From Glycera tridactyla (Eukaryota): DNA of 64,000 nt. Made by a program: the position numbers and the translations under genes. The notes under the pieces were generated by a model. That model saw nothing but the letters and a program-made list of their open reading frames with translations, was not told the DNA's origin and searched no databases. Location of the stretch: contig OZ286472.1 of NCBI GenBank assembly GCA_965644265.1, forward strand, positions 51,150,001 to 51,214,000. Direction: 5' to 3'. Below, in pieces: positions 14,914 to 26,690 of the stretch (position 1 is the stretch's first letter; each line of letters begins with the position of its first letter).

Positions 14914-15019
14914 ATCTTTTTAAATTAATTAGGAATGGGAAGGGCAAGGGAAGGATGAAATCAACACCCTAGTCATTGTTAAAGAATTCAATAGGTGTTT
15001 ACCACTGGAGAACCTTACA

Positions 15020-15920
15020 TAATGATGGAAGGGAAGCCCAGAGGAGTGCGTTCATTACAGAGAGGTCTCACACAATAGAGACTCAGCGAATGATTTGCGT
15101 CGATTTCAGCCATTTCAAGAATGCGCACTATTAAGCAAGTTAGGCTTGTACACAAATGTGAACAAAGTAGCCTAATTGCCAATTTGTTAACAATAATTTT
15201 ACACAAAACATGACCAGGCTTTATGCCCAATGCTCTCTTCTCACTAATGAAACAATCATAGTCAAAATCCATCAAGAATTGAAGGAGGAGATACAACTTT
15301 AGTGACCCTGGCTAATGACCCGATTAGCATAATTACCGAGTCATTAGCAAGAAAATCGCACAAAATGTGACCAGGATCTGTGTGCAATGGTTGATTCTAA
15401 CCAATAAAACAATCAGAATCAAAATCCATTGAGAATTGAGGGAGGAGATACAGTTTTTGTGATTTTTAGCTGAAAACCCAATTAGGTGTTTCACAATTAG
15501 CCTCATTACTGAGTTGTGAAAATGAATTTTTGAAAAACCCGACCAACTTTTGTGGGCAACGCTTATATCTCACCAGTAAAACAATCAGAATCAAAATCCA
15601 TCAAAAATTGAGGGAGGAGATACGTTTTTGGTGATTCTTGCATAATCACTCAATTAGCCTAATTACTAAGTCATTAATGAGAATTTCACACAAAATATGA
15701 CCAGGATGTGTGTGTAATGCTTTGTCCTGTCTAATAAAACAATCAGAATCAAAATCTATCAAGAAATGAGGGAGGAGATGCATTGTCTGTGAATTGTGGA
15801 CGACGACGGACGACGGACGACAGACGACGGACGACGGACGACGGACGACGGACGACGGACGACGGACGACGGACGACGCATGATGGCATAAGCTCATCAG
15901 CCTTCGGCCAGATGAGCTAA
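15020..15920. mobile_element. Helentron-like non-autonomous element (DINE-1/HINE architecture)
   Basis: Four ~160-170-bp internal repeats (aacaatcagaatcaaaatccat...gagggaggagatac), a (CGGACGA)n microsatellite at 15797-15879, and a terminal hairpin agctcatc-agccttcggcca-gatgagct-aa. Confidence 0.7.
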
Positions 15921-16180
15921 CAAGTAAACTGAGAGTACAGTTAAAAACTGAGGCTTCAAAGTAATAAGACCCATGTTTTCAAACCCTTTCAGCCTCTGCA
16001 AATGTGAACCAGCAATGCATGTACCATTGCAAAAACACCCAGCAGAGGTGAATCTTCAATGGCAGAGTCACATTCTGCAATAGAGTGTATGATATTGCAA
16101 GGGTACATATGATACTGTTCATCCAATTCCAATTATTGAATTTTCTACAACTAATCAATATTTAGGAAAACTAGCTAGTA

Positions 16181-16358
16181 CAGTGAAACCTGTCTTGGGA
16201 GACCCCTCTTTTGGGAGAACACCCTCTAATGGGAGACCGCTCTTTATCGGCTCTTCTCTATTTGACATAGTCAAATATACCTCCAATGAGAGACCACCTG
16301 TCTTGAGAGACCACGTTTCATTGGCATTTGGGGCGGTCTCCCAAGACAGGTTTTACTG
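16181..16358. mobile_element. CAGT MITE subfamily B, inverted relative to 14504-14680
   Basis: ta|cagtgaaacctgtcttgggagacc...aagacaggttttactg|ta. Confidence 0.9.
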
Positions 16359-17191
16359 TATAGTAAATTCAATATGAACAATTTCAGCTACTGATCACAA
16401 GAAATTCAAATCCCAGAGCCATATTCTCAAATGCAAGCAGCACCAACAAACAATGATTCAACTTCATGAAAGTACTTTAGTTGATGGAAAAAAATTGATA
16501 ATGCAGCTTGTACATCTCATGGCACCTTATTCAGGGCAGATTTCTGACCTAGGAATTTGGATGTTATCAAAGAAATATCACCATCCATCGTGGTCTTTCC
16601 GAAAAACCAAACCAACTTCATATAGAAATGCCATGAATGAACAAGTTCATGGTGTGTGAACAAGTGAAACCTGACTAAGTACTAACATTGACTCTGCTAT
16701 TTCCCAAGGCTGAAAGGGTTGACAACTGACAACTGATGATGTTTAACAAAGCTGAAAGAAAAATCACCAAGTACAGATACAGAGTGGCATCCTATCCCAT
16801 TCATTATCTTCTGTGAATGAAAGACACATGCCCCTATTAACAAAAAGAACATTAGAACTGTGTCTTTCCATTCCAAGTATTTTCATGACCTCCATGTTAT
16901 CGTTTGGCAGAAAGCTCATTAAAGAATTGCGGTGATAAGAGTCATAAACAAGCTTCAAAACATGTCTGGAGACAAAATGACATTCACAACCTTCCAATTG
17001 ATCTAAGTTGATTCATGCTCAGGGAAGTGAAGAAAGTGGCGTGAGTTGAACTGAGCTGACAAGATGGATGACAATCACAGTGTGCGGCAGTGGCGGCGGC
17101 AGTGGCAGTGTTGTTGGTGGCGGTGGTGACCAGTCAACATGCATAACGTTCCGGGCGAGAACAGCACCGTGGCACGTTATTTCTCAACTCA

Positions 17192-17305
17192 TCATACGGC
17201 TGAGTGTTTCATGGAAGCCATACATTCGAGCAATGCCTCAACTGTCACCGCAACCTGTGATGTACCCTTCTCTTCCAAGATGGCCGACGGTGAGCACATC
17301 TTGTC
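17192..17305 (-). CDS. LRCH: LRCH distal alternative last exon: DKMCSPSAILEEKGTSQVAVTVEALLECMASMKHSAV* (soluble, PDZ-motif end)
   Basis: Acceptor ttggttgctag|GAC in phase 0, matching the phase-0 donor at 31122. Encodes 37 aa and ends in tandem stops TGA TGA. Resembles the ILEEKG..QVAVTVQALL C-terminus I recall for vertebrate LRCH isoforms. Confidence 0.9.
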   Translation of the reverse strand, partial: DKMCSPSAILEEKGTSQVAVTVEALLECMASMKHSAV

Positions 17306-19174
17306 CTAGCAACCAATAAAAACACACAGTTGGCATTATAAGGCAAAATCAAAATACTTTCAACGACAAAACAAAAATACATAATGTTCTTAAGACTGCA
17401 AATGTGAAATAAATGAAGAATGGTGATTACTTTCTAATATATGAATGGATATATAAATAGCATTTAAATATGACACGAAAAGCAAGAATTGCTGGGTTAC
17501 TTTCACCACTGTTGGACTGGCTTCAACTCTAAAATTTGCAAAACCTCATAAAGCAGATATGAGATTGCATCTGTACAAAACAAGGAGGACGATACGGGGC
17601 ACACAAGGAAGAATCTGCTGCAAGAACTAACCGACTAAGTGAGTAGGACATCTAGCCAATCAGGAGGGACTTCACAGCAGTGAGTGGAGGCAACAGTTTT
17701 GATTGGCCAAACATTACGACCAATCATATGCCATGTCAGTGTGAAGTAAAAAATTCATTACAACCAGTAGCAAAGTTGAAAACAGCAAGTGCTGCTAGAC
17801 AAAAGGACTACTTATATTTATAAACTATTCATATGTACACGATCAAAATGATCATGGCAAGGCCACAAATATTTGTGCATTGAAAAGGAATGACGCAAAA
17901 TATTTTTTTCTTTAAGTACACAATTGTTTTGTGTTTGGACCCAATAGCATCTCCAGCCTCATCAATACTTATATCATCAAAAGTGGTACAAACACACAAA
18001 TAATTGTAAATATATATCACAAAATATCCATGCCTGCTGGAAAGCACATATATACTAATTACACCTCAAAATAGACTTGGGTTTTCAGCAAATCATGTCC
18101 CTTTTAAGTGACACAGTGTGCACGAAGATTCTGGTGTGAATGTCACACAAGACTCATTACTTTGAGCATGGATGAGTCCATGGACTTGGGAGTCAACCAG
18201 CATCATGTGGAAGCCTATATAATTGTACAAGCAGGTCTCAAAAAGACTGTGGTGACCATTATGAAGGTCGACTTATAAACATTTCACCATCTGTCAAGTG
18301 AGTTACTGAGCTGCGTACCTAGGTAAGACACTATATTGAATGGAAATTTGCACTGACCCTAAATTGATTCAGTTGTTCAAATATGAGAGCCAAATATAGG
18401 TGATAAAACAAAGAATAATATTGGTTTGGTCTTTTATGGAATGCAATTCTTCGAGACATGATTCTTTTCATATACATTCAATTATTTTGAATGGGTTTTT
18501 TTCAGAGGGATTCTGTATAACTTTACTTCAGCTCAGGAATCAATTGACTGATGGTATAAAGACCATCTCCCGAGGGGCATTACATACAAATTTATACATC
18601 CTAAAGTACACAAGTACAAACTAAATCACTCCTCCAGTGAGTGAGTAAATATTCTATGATTTCAATTCTCTGGGTAAGCTATACAAGAAAGAGAAGATCA
18701 CAATTCTACTGGACATCAGAATACAAGTCCTTCCTAGAAGAATCCACATGCCATTAATAGCTCTCTTATTTCATTACGTCACCACATGAACTCAGAATAT
18801 CGGCCCAAACCCATAAAAAAATCCAAGATTTTCCAACCTCATTTAAATGACCAACATCTGAGTTTTGATGAAGCCCTATTATCTAGGGTGGTCTCTCATC
18901 GCAGGTTGAACTGGGAATGTTATCTATAGCAGTGATACATGATTGCGATGGAGAGCTGTAGTATTTCTCAAATTGGAACTGGGACATGAATAGTGACAGT
19001 AGTTGCTAAGAAGATTACCCATAGGGCACCCATAAAGTCATGAAACATTGCATCACTGCTGACTACAACACAGAAGTTCAGAATTTGTATGCTGTACTTT
19101 CCCAGATGGGTCAAAAGTCACATAGAGATCAGTATTTTCTATAAGTGCAAAAATGGATGATTTCTGTGAAATTA

Positions 19175-19318
19175 CAATAAAAACTCTTTTGGTAGATGGA
19201 CCCAAATGCCAACCACAAGCCGTCTCTCAAGAGAGGTGGTCTCTCATTGGAGGTATATGTGACTATGCCAAATAGAAAAGAAACAATGAAAAGCAGTCTC
19301 TCAAATAAAGTTTCACTG
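19175..19318. mobile_element. CAGT MITE subfamily B, diverged
   Basis: Internal ggtggtctctcattggaggtatat; ends tttcactg|ta. Confidence 0.7.
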
Positions 19319-20961
19319 TATATAAATATTGAATTCCATTCAATACTCTTCTCATTCAATAATGAATTTCAAAAGCAATATTCTTTGCAACTTCGAGATT
19401 GGATGACCAGAAATACAAAAATCCTATCGAGACTGATATGGAAGCTGAAGTCACAGATTGAGACATGTTACGAAACAGATATTTTGAATGTGCAAAACCA
19501 TATTTCGAATGCTCCAAGGAACACTTTCCCATAATGCCTGGGTTATGCCCTGATACATCTTTTACCACAAATCTCAACCAAGAAGACGTTCAGGAGACTT
19601 ACAGTGGATGGCTGGATCTTGCACCTGTCTCAGAAGCAAGCTTAAAGTTGTTATTATTCAAGCCAGCTTGGTGATGAGGCGGAGGAAATATCAACTGCGC
19701 CAGTGATCCAACAGCTGCATTGAGCAAAACTTACGATTTAACTATGTAGCATTGTTATACAATGTGAAATCTGTGAGCAAGCATTTGCATGCTTGAATAC
19801 AACTCCTCAATCATATTTCAGTATGATCTCTGTTAATGTTTGAATTTCCAGGATACGGTTTCATCAATGCATGAAACTTGTTCTACAAAATGAAATGAAC
19901 TTAAATCAGGCAAAAATTAAGACAGCATACTGCAATCGGTTATGATTCATACTGGATTATCTTTCAATAGTCTGAAAGGTCAATCAAGTACAATTATATT
20001 GCGTTGATCCCCAGAAAATTAAATGCCCAGAAATTATCATCGGCGGTTTTGAACTTGGCACCAACATGGCACCAATTTATGCCTGAACTGTGCCGGCAGG
20101 AGCAGTCTCCCTTCTGAGCCAAGATCATGGCTACAATTACAGCCAAATAAGCCAGGACTTCACCCCACATCTTAACCAGTCCGAGACATTGAAATGCAAT
20201 GAAATGAAATTTGACTAAACTGAAAGTAATCATAATCACACTCAGATGAGCGAGAATATGATGCTGCACCCATGACATGACTATCCCAATTCCAATATAG
20301 ACTACATCAGCTCTCCATTGTAACCAAACACTCTCTCATGTGCTTCCCAGATCTGTTATTCTATGGACAATCATGTAATGCACAATTTATCCTCGTTCCC
20401 ACTCCAGACCAGACTGTATTCATGCAACATTCCCCAAATATCCCCTTCACATTATCCAGTTATACAAAAATCATGTAAATAAAAATACAAAGAATAGAAC
20501 TGGCAAGTTTGAATGTGCTTGTGCAAACTCTTCACATCACAAATGATAATTGGGAAATACATCTTTAACCCATCCCCCATTTTTAAAAAAAATGCCCTGA
20601 TAATAAATATGACAAGAAATTACAATGCTAAATGATCCTATTCTAAACTTCTCCTTTTCCAACATGGAATGACTAGCATTTCATATGAAACCCCTCCTCA
20701 GCCATGACAACGAAATGTTCAACAGAAAGGAAAACAATGCTAAAATTCAATAACTGTTGGAACGAAAGGAAAATTGACAATCTTGAATAATATGATAGCA
20801 GGCGCAATTGAAAACAAAGGTAACTAAATATCCCATACTTAAGATGGACATTCAAATGATTCCCACAGAAATGTCAGCAACAAAGATTTCAAGATATATC
20901 ACACCACAAGGGTGAATGCTTTAGCTACAACTCAAAGACAAACTGATCAAACCCAAACAAT

Positions 20962-20967
20962 TTTATT
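20962..20967 (-). terminator. Candidate poly(A) signal for the TM isoform
   Basis: Minus strand AATAAA-attgtttgggtttgatCA-gtttgtctttgagttgt: canonical hexamer, a CA about 20 nt downstream, then a GU-rich element. It is the first AATAAA I found after the TM stop. Confidence 0.5.
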
Positions 20968-23257
20968 TTCAAACAAGGTTTCCCAGAACTAAAACACAAC
21001 AACCACTACAATGATGCAGAAAGCATGCATTGTGAAAGACAACCTGCATAATAGCTCATGCATATAACTACAGCATGCCTGTTGATCATTGGTTGATCTC
21101 CTGAGATCACAGCCAATGAGCAAAGCCCAATAAAAGCCAGCCATGTGATTGGCTTATTGTTAACCAATCATGAACAATGTTCCATACAGGCAGTGTGACT
21201 GACACTCAAAACAAACTTTGGGACAAAATAGCAAATCTAGCTCTAAGATATGAGAATAAGAGCAATAATTTATGAAAATATGAAAAAATATCTTTTTACA
21301 ATGAAAAATGTCAAGACATTAGCCTCATTTTGAAGACATCTTTGGAATTAGTTACAAAATTAAGTGAATGAATTTAGTTTTTAGTAAATCTCATAGGAAT
21401 GAACTCTGGATGGAAAGGCGACAATGTCTGATCTGGTGCCTTTAGAGGAAAAATATAAGCATCACATTTGTGCATAAAAAAGTATCACATTTTCCCTGCT
21501 CTGCAATGGAGTGTGTGTGTGTGTGTGTGTATGTGTTTCCGGATGTGGACATAGGGTTGGTGTGAACAGAAAGACAACACAAGGTTAGATTGGGCGTGAC
21601 ACAGCAGCTTGGATAGACGACAACACAACTACTACATCTACAGCACATGCATCGGCTAAATTGGTGAACAGTGAACACGACAGTAGAAAAATGCGTGCTT
21701 GACGGAAATCATGCTGGAATGTGACGAATGACTTAGTATTCACACAAGTACGGTGATTATTCTCTGAATGATTGCAAGATACTTCGATAATTTCAATTGT
21801 GAAAACTGAAATGAAGTGATGTTAATAAAAAGTGAGAGAATAATGGAGATGAACTTATGAAAGCCAATTCTCTGAGACGAAAGAAATAGGAGACCCACTG
21901 TCGTGTTATTTGAGTAGACAGAAAGAAACTAATCCAACTCCTCCTCATTTTTTTTGCTCGTGTCCGCACACGGTTAGTCCGACATACTATCCAAAACAAT
22001 TGCTGCAGAACACCATGGCCAGATGTCAGCGAAAAAGGATCCTAGCATGGAGAATTGCATGAATCCCACACAGATCAGACCAGGTCAAGTCATATGTAGT
22101 AATTTGAATACAGTGCTCTGATTGGGGAATTTGGCCATTGATCAAAAAGTAGTTCCTATCTTAATTTCTCAAATTCAGTGGGGTCGACACGGGGATATCA
22201 CTCAGCTTTCAGACATTCCTGTCATCTGGCATATTACATTTCCCCAGACATAGTAAAATACAAATCAAATGAATGATAGGTTTCTATCAAACTCGATGAT
22301 CAAACATTAAATGAAAGTGATGGGGCCAACCAATCACAATGTTCCATCCATTCAAAACCAATCACAGCGCTGACAAGACCAAAACATATGCAAATGTTCT
22401 ACCCCTAATCCACTCAGTCAGGCACAACCAAGACACAATCAAACCCAATGTTTATGTGTTAGTGTGATTCATGGGGAAGACATTTATCCATCTGGCAACT
22501 CTATCCTCATTGGTAATTTTGAATCCAGCCAGTGCAAGGTCATAGCCAGACAGAAAACATCCAATGGATCTGAAAATTTTGCAGCATTGAAAATGATGAA
22601 AACATCCTGTGCAGTATTTAGCAATTAGATGAAATTTGTGCTGAATAAAAGCGCAAAATTTGGTCAGCAATGCATGAGAACCTGATAAAAAGCCCTGAAA
22701 GAAATTCTGCGTTTTTATGTTTGAAAAAGATGACAATTAGTGATCTATCATCTTTGAAAAATAGGGGCTAATCTGTTGAAAAAGTGTTGATTTGATGGTG
22801 AATAAACTGTTTTACCATCTCATTTGTACAAAATGAATTTGGTTGATATGAATATGAATTTCAAGGCTAAGTCCCAGTCTTATGACATAAGTTTGTGTGG
22901 TGGACCAGATTTTCAGGAATATTTTTCTATTTCTACATGTGGGTCATTCACTGCCTGCAAATTGAAAGAATTTGATTGATGCCAATTCATATTTGCAGCA
23001 TCAAAGCTGTTGAGATGTTCTCCCTTCTGGCAGGGGATGGAAATATCCCTTCTCTATAAACTGCACGTACCAGCTCTGCTGGTTAATGCTCATGCCATTT
23101 TGGAACAATTATTACTTATTCATATCCAGCTACGCTCTAAAATCAAGACACTCAAGGCCTCCCTTTTTCAAGATGGCAGCCTGTATTCTGGCAACTCAGC
23201 GACGCATGCCCAGGTTATACGAACTACCGGTAATTATTGCATGATGAGAAGTTGGAT

Positions 23258-23437
23258 TTAAGCCTGGGGAAGATTGAGAACAATAAGAACAGTGAGGCAG
23301 AAAAAGGCGAAGCAAAGCCACGAGATGACGTGATCTCGCGTGGTCAGGCGAGGTATAAGGACTAATTGTTGCACAGTTTTAGCGACGCGGTATGGGCGTA
23401 ACTCTTCCAATATATCGTCGCATGCACACAGCGTGTC
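23258..23437 (-). CDS. LRCH: LRCH proximal alternative last exon: DTLCACDDILEELRPYRVAKTVQQLVLIPRLTTRDHVISWLCFAFFCLTVLIVLNLPQA* (TM tail)
   Basis: Acceptor ctatctttgccgtttcattgcag|GAC, phase 0. Contains the final CH helix (LC..DIL....V.KTV..L) followed by a hydrophobic stretch VISWLCFAFFCLTVLIVL a few residues before TAA. Confidence 0.9.
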   Translation of the reverse strand, partial: DTLCACDDILEELRPYRVAKTVQQLVLIPRLTTRDHVISWLCFAFFCLTVLIVLNLPQA

Positions 23438-23508
23438 CTGCAATGAAACGGCAAAGATAGGGCACATTGTCAGATGGCTAGTTGCTTCATGGTTATACTT
23501 TAGTTGGT

Positions 23509-23522
23509 GTTACCATGGTAAC
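23509..23522. promoter_or_regulatory. Perfect palindromic X-box GTTACCATGGTAAC
   Basis: Matches GTNRCC-N2-RGYAAC; lies ~70 nt from the TM exon acceptor. Confidence 0.4.
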
Positions 23523-25654
23523 AAAAAGAGAGCAGGGCTTGATAGTAATGTCCCCATGCCTGACCTCCCTCAATTGGAGCAAAACACTTCGAAGAAGGGA
23601 CAAAAGTATCAGGAATGAATAATATGAAAATTTATCTTCTCGTGTTCTGGGATGCAAAGTGCCATGGAACTGGGCCGGTCTTCTACAAGGTTCATTAGTC
23701 TCAAACCCTGCCAGATAATATCATAATAGAAACAATAATGACCTGGACAGCAAGAAATAATATCAAAATTATGGCAAAAATCTACAGCTCAAGGTTGAGA
23801 TCAGCAGGCAACAAACATTCATGGAATGATGGAAACACAGGTGGGCGGTTACTGTGGCTATTCCTCATAATATTGGCTAATTCTCAGTCAAAATAGAGAA
23901 ATGAAATGCACTCCATACATTGAGGTATCAAAGTCTGCTTCCATGCAAGTACAGCACCTCAGATATTTCTTTACAAATCTAATGCTTGATTTAAGAATCG
24001 AAAACTTCCTGATACCCAAAGAGAGATCTATGAAACAGCTCCTGACAAACATTCATGGGTTCAATTTTGACGTATCTTTTCTCATTTGAGATACACACTG
24101 GAATATGCAGCTTATATTCAAAGTTAAGATTTTTATTTGAAGCAGCATGACTTTCAAAGGACCTGCCTGAGAGCAGGTCAAATTTGGCCACTGCAGTGAT
24201 ACAGAAAGACGAAAAGCGGGCAAAAGAGTGAAAAAACAAATTCAAATGAAGTCAGGAAGGTGAAGCCAAAGTCATTAATTCTACACTGGTGTTAGGAGGA
24301 AAATGTCCTCCAGAAATCTGACAAGCCATCATTCGCAATGTGAGTGAAAAACAAAGCCAGAATGTGGGACTCCCTCATCAAAGAACCACATTATCTGGCA
24401 ATTCCAATTCACATGTGACAGCAACATAAATGATAAATCCTCCCAATATGGGAATCTTGATTCATCCGATATAATTGCCGATATGAAGCTGATATGCTTG
24501 GAGATCCCTAGTGCTAATTCAATATCTTAATTAGACTAGCATGAATAGTCACGGGGATATTCTCACTCCAGCTTTGACCCTACAATGAACTGTTTGCGCA
24601 AACATAAATTCATCAAGATGAAAACTGTGCAACAATTAGTTGGCCCTTGCTTAAAGCAAACTTAAGTGACAATCACCAATTTGTACCTGAAGCCTTCCCT
24701 AATTTCAAGATGATTAAAGCACTTCACAAATGGTCCAAGTTTCTCAGAATGTGTGTTAAAAGATCGTCTAGGATTTTAGTATGGCTAGATAAGTATGAGT
24801 GTAACTATTTTGTTAGGTGAATATTAGGAATAAGGAATTCTGAGGGAATAATAATCAGAAATGTTTACTACTCTAACTAGCCTACACTGACTGAATTATA
24901 ATTCAAATTGTGACCTGAATAAAGCACATAATTAGTTTTTCAATCATGCAGAGGACGAACAACTCTGGAATGTAACCGGGGGGTCTAAATGTAGAACAAG
25001 CCCTCGCTGAGGAAAGAACGAATCATCATGACGCCAAAATATCACAGAATGAAGGCATTTTCCTTTGTTTTATCCACCGCATGACAGAGCCAGTCACACC
25101 ACCTACTTGACAATTCATCTAGTTCTCATCAATAAAGAATGTGTAAAGACACATATATGAGCAAAAGAAAATGAGGTCATGAGCAATGATGACCTCCGAA
25201 CAACCACCACTTATGAGCACAACTGTGAGTAGGTAATATAGGCTAGCTGGACTTTAATCGACAATGTCGAATGGAATGGGCCATCCAAAAGTGATCTCTT
25301 AGAACAAGTACCTAATGCTGATAAATGCCCAGGGCAATTTTTACGTCACTTACGGTGGTTTTGTGAGAGAGTCCCCAATTGCATGTTCAACTCACCTCAG
25401 TGATCAATTAGTGCCCAGATTAAAATCCCACATTTTGATCAAAATCTTCAGAATGACAAGGACAATTTTTGTTTTCCAAGATGGACAGAGATGGGGTTCC
25501 CAAATAGTGATCTTTCCAAACAGGTCACCCATCAGGGCAATCATTTTCCATGCTTGTACTAGAATGGATTATTCCTACATTAACTCAATTTGAGCCCTTA
25601 TCATCTCCCTGGCTGGGTCACTAGAGGTCACAACACATCAAGGTCAAACACAGG

Positions 25655-25864
25655 CAGGGTTGCATCCAGGATTTACAAAATTCGGGGCAAATGCCCCCTC
25701 AAATTCAAGAAAAGGGGAAATACCCAAAATGGATCCACTCAATACCAAAAAGTGCACACTCCTCGCTGAATCAGGAAGCATTGTGGCCCTTAATCGTCTT
25801 GAAAAGGGGCACAGAGTCACAGAATTTGTGAATTGCCCCCAAGCCCACTCTGGATGCAACGATG
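25655..25864. mobile_element. CAGGGTTGCATCCAG TIR MITE (hAT-like)
   Basis: TIR cagggttgcatccag / ctggatgcaac; 6-bp flanks cacagg and cacaag; second copy at 48975. Confidence 0.7.
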
Positions 25865-26537
25865 CACAAGTGGTGTGGTCTCTTAAAATATGAATAACTA
25901 TTCCTGTTTAGTGAATAAATAAATTTACACCAGAATATCACACTCACTGCCACTATTCTTAAATCAGACAACATAGAGACCAGAGGGGATATTATTCATC
26001 GCACACTGATGTTACCATAGTAACAGAATGATATTTGTGGATTAGAACATTTAATAACAGACATGAAGTGTATCCAAACTTGACACCACACAAGATATTA
26101 GTAAAAATGGACATAAAGTTCCACCACAAATAAAGCTCGGGACAATACATATTCAACTGCCAGCAGGGCGGAGGATAACACGACCAAACAAAGACTGGAG
26201 GACATACTTCAGGACAGAAATGTTTGCATACAATCGAAGATGACTTGTACACAAAACGTTGTGAACACATAACGTGCAAACATACAGATGATGCAGACAT
26301 TTATGTGTTGTGGATAAATGCAACTGAATGGTGTTCGGGATGAGTGTACTTCGACTGGGTTGATTTGACGGAAGAATGGAGTACTGTAGATAAGACTATG
26401 TGTAATGATAATCGGGCAAGAAGGGGCAAGTACTCCCAAGTCGGGTAAGGTTTTAGTTATTTGAAAAAGACCAGAAACCCACTTCTTTCACTGCAGGTTC
26501 ACTTACAATAAAACCTGTGACAAGCAAGCACTTTATG

Positions 26538-26690
26538 CAGTCAAACCTGCTAATGAGACCACCTCTATATGAAGGCCACCTGCCTACATGGCCACCCTGT
26601 GTAATGACTGTGTGAGTATTTTCCACTATAAATGACCTCTCTATAAAGACAACACAGGTCAAAACCACTGTTGTTTTCAAGATTTCATGG
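26538..26690. mobile_element. CAGT MITE subfamily A, partial
   Basis: cagtcaaacctgc...gaccacct...aaatgacctctctataaagac. Confidence 0.6.

Noticed and set aside
14592-14972. CV/HT-repeat ORFs (also at 11074-11481 and 58949-59226)
   Set aside because: Translations of (CA)n microsatellites
21570-21660. Possible extra last exon (DACAVDVVVVLSSIQAAVSRPI*)
   Set aside because: It needs a phase-1 acceptor but the upstream donor is phase 0; more likely part of the TM-isoform 3'UTR
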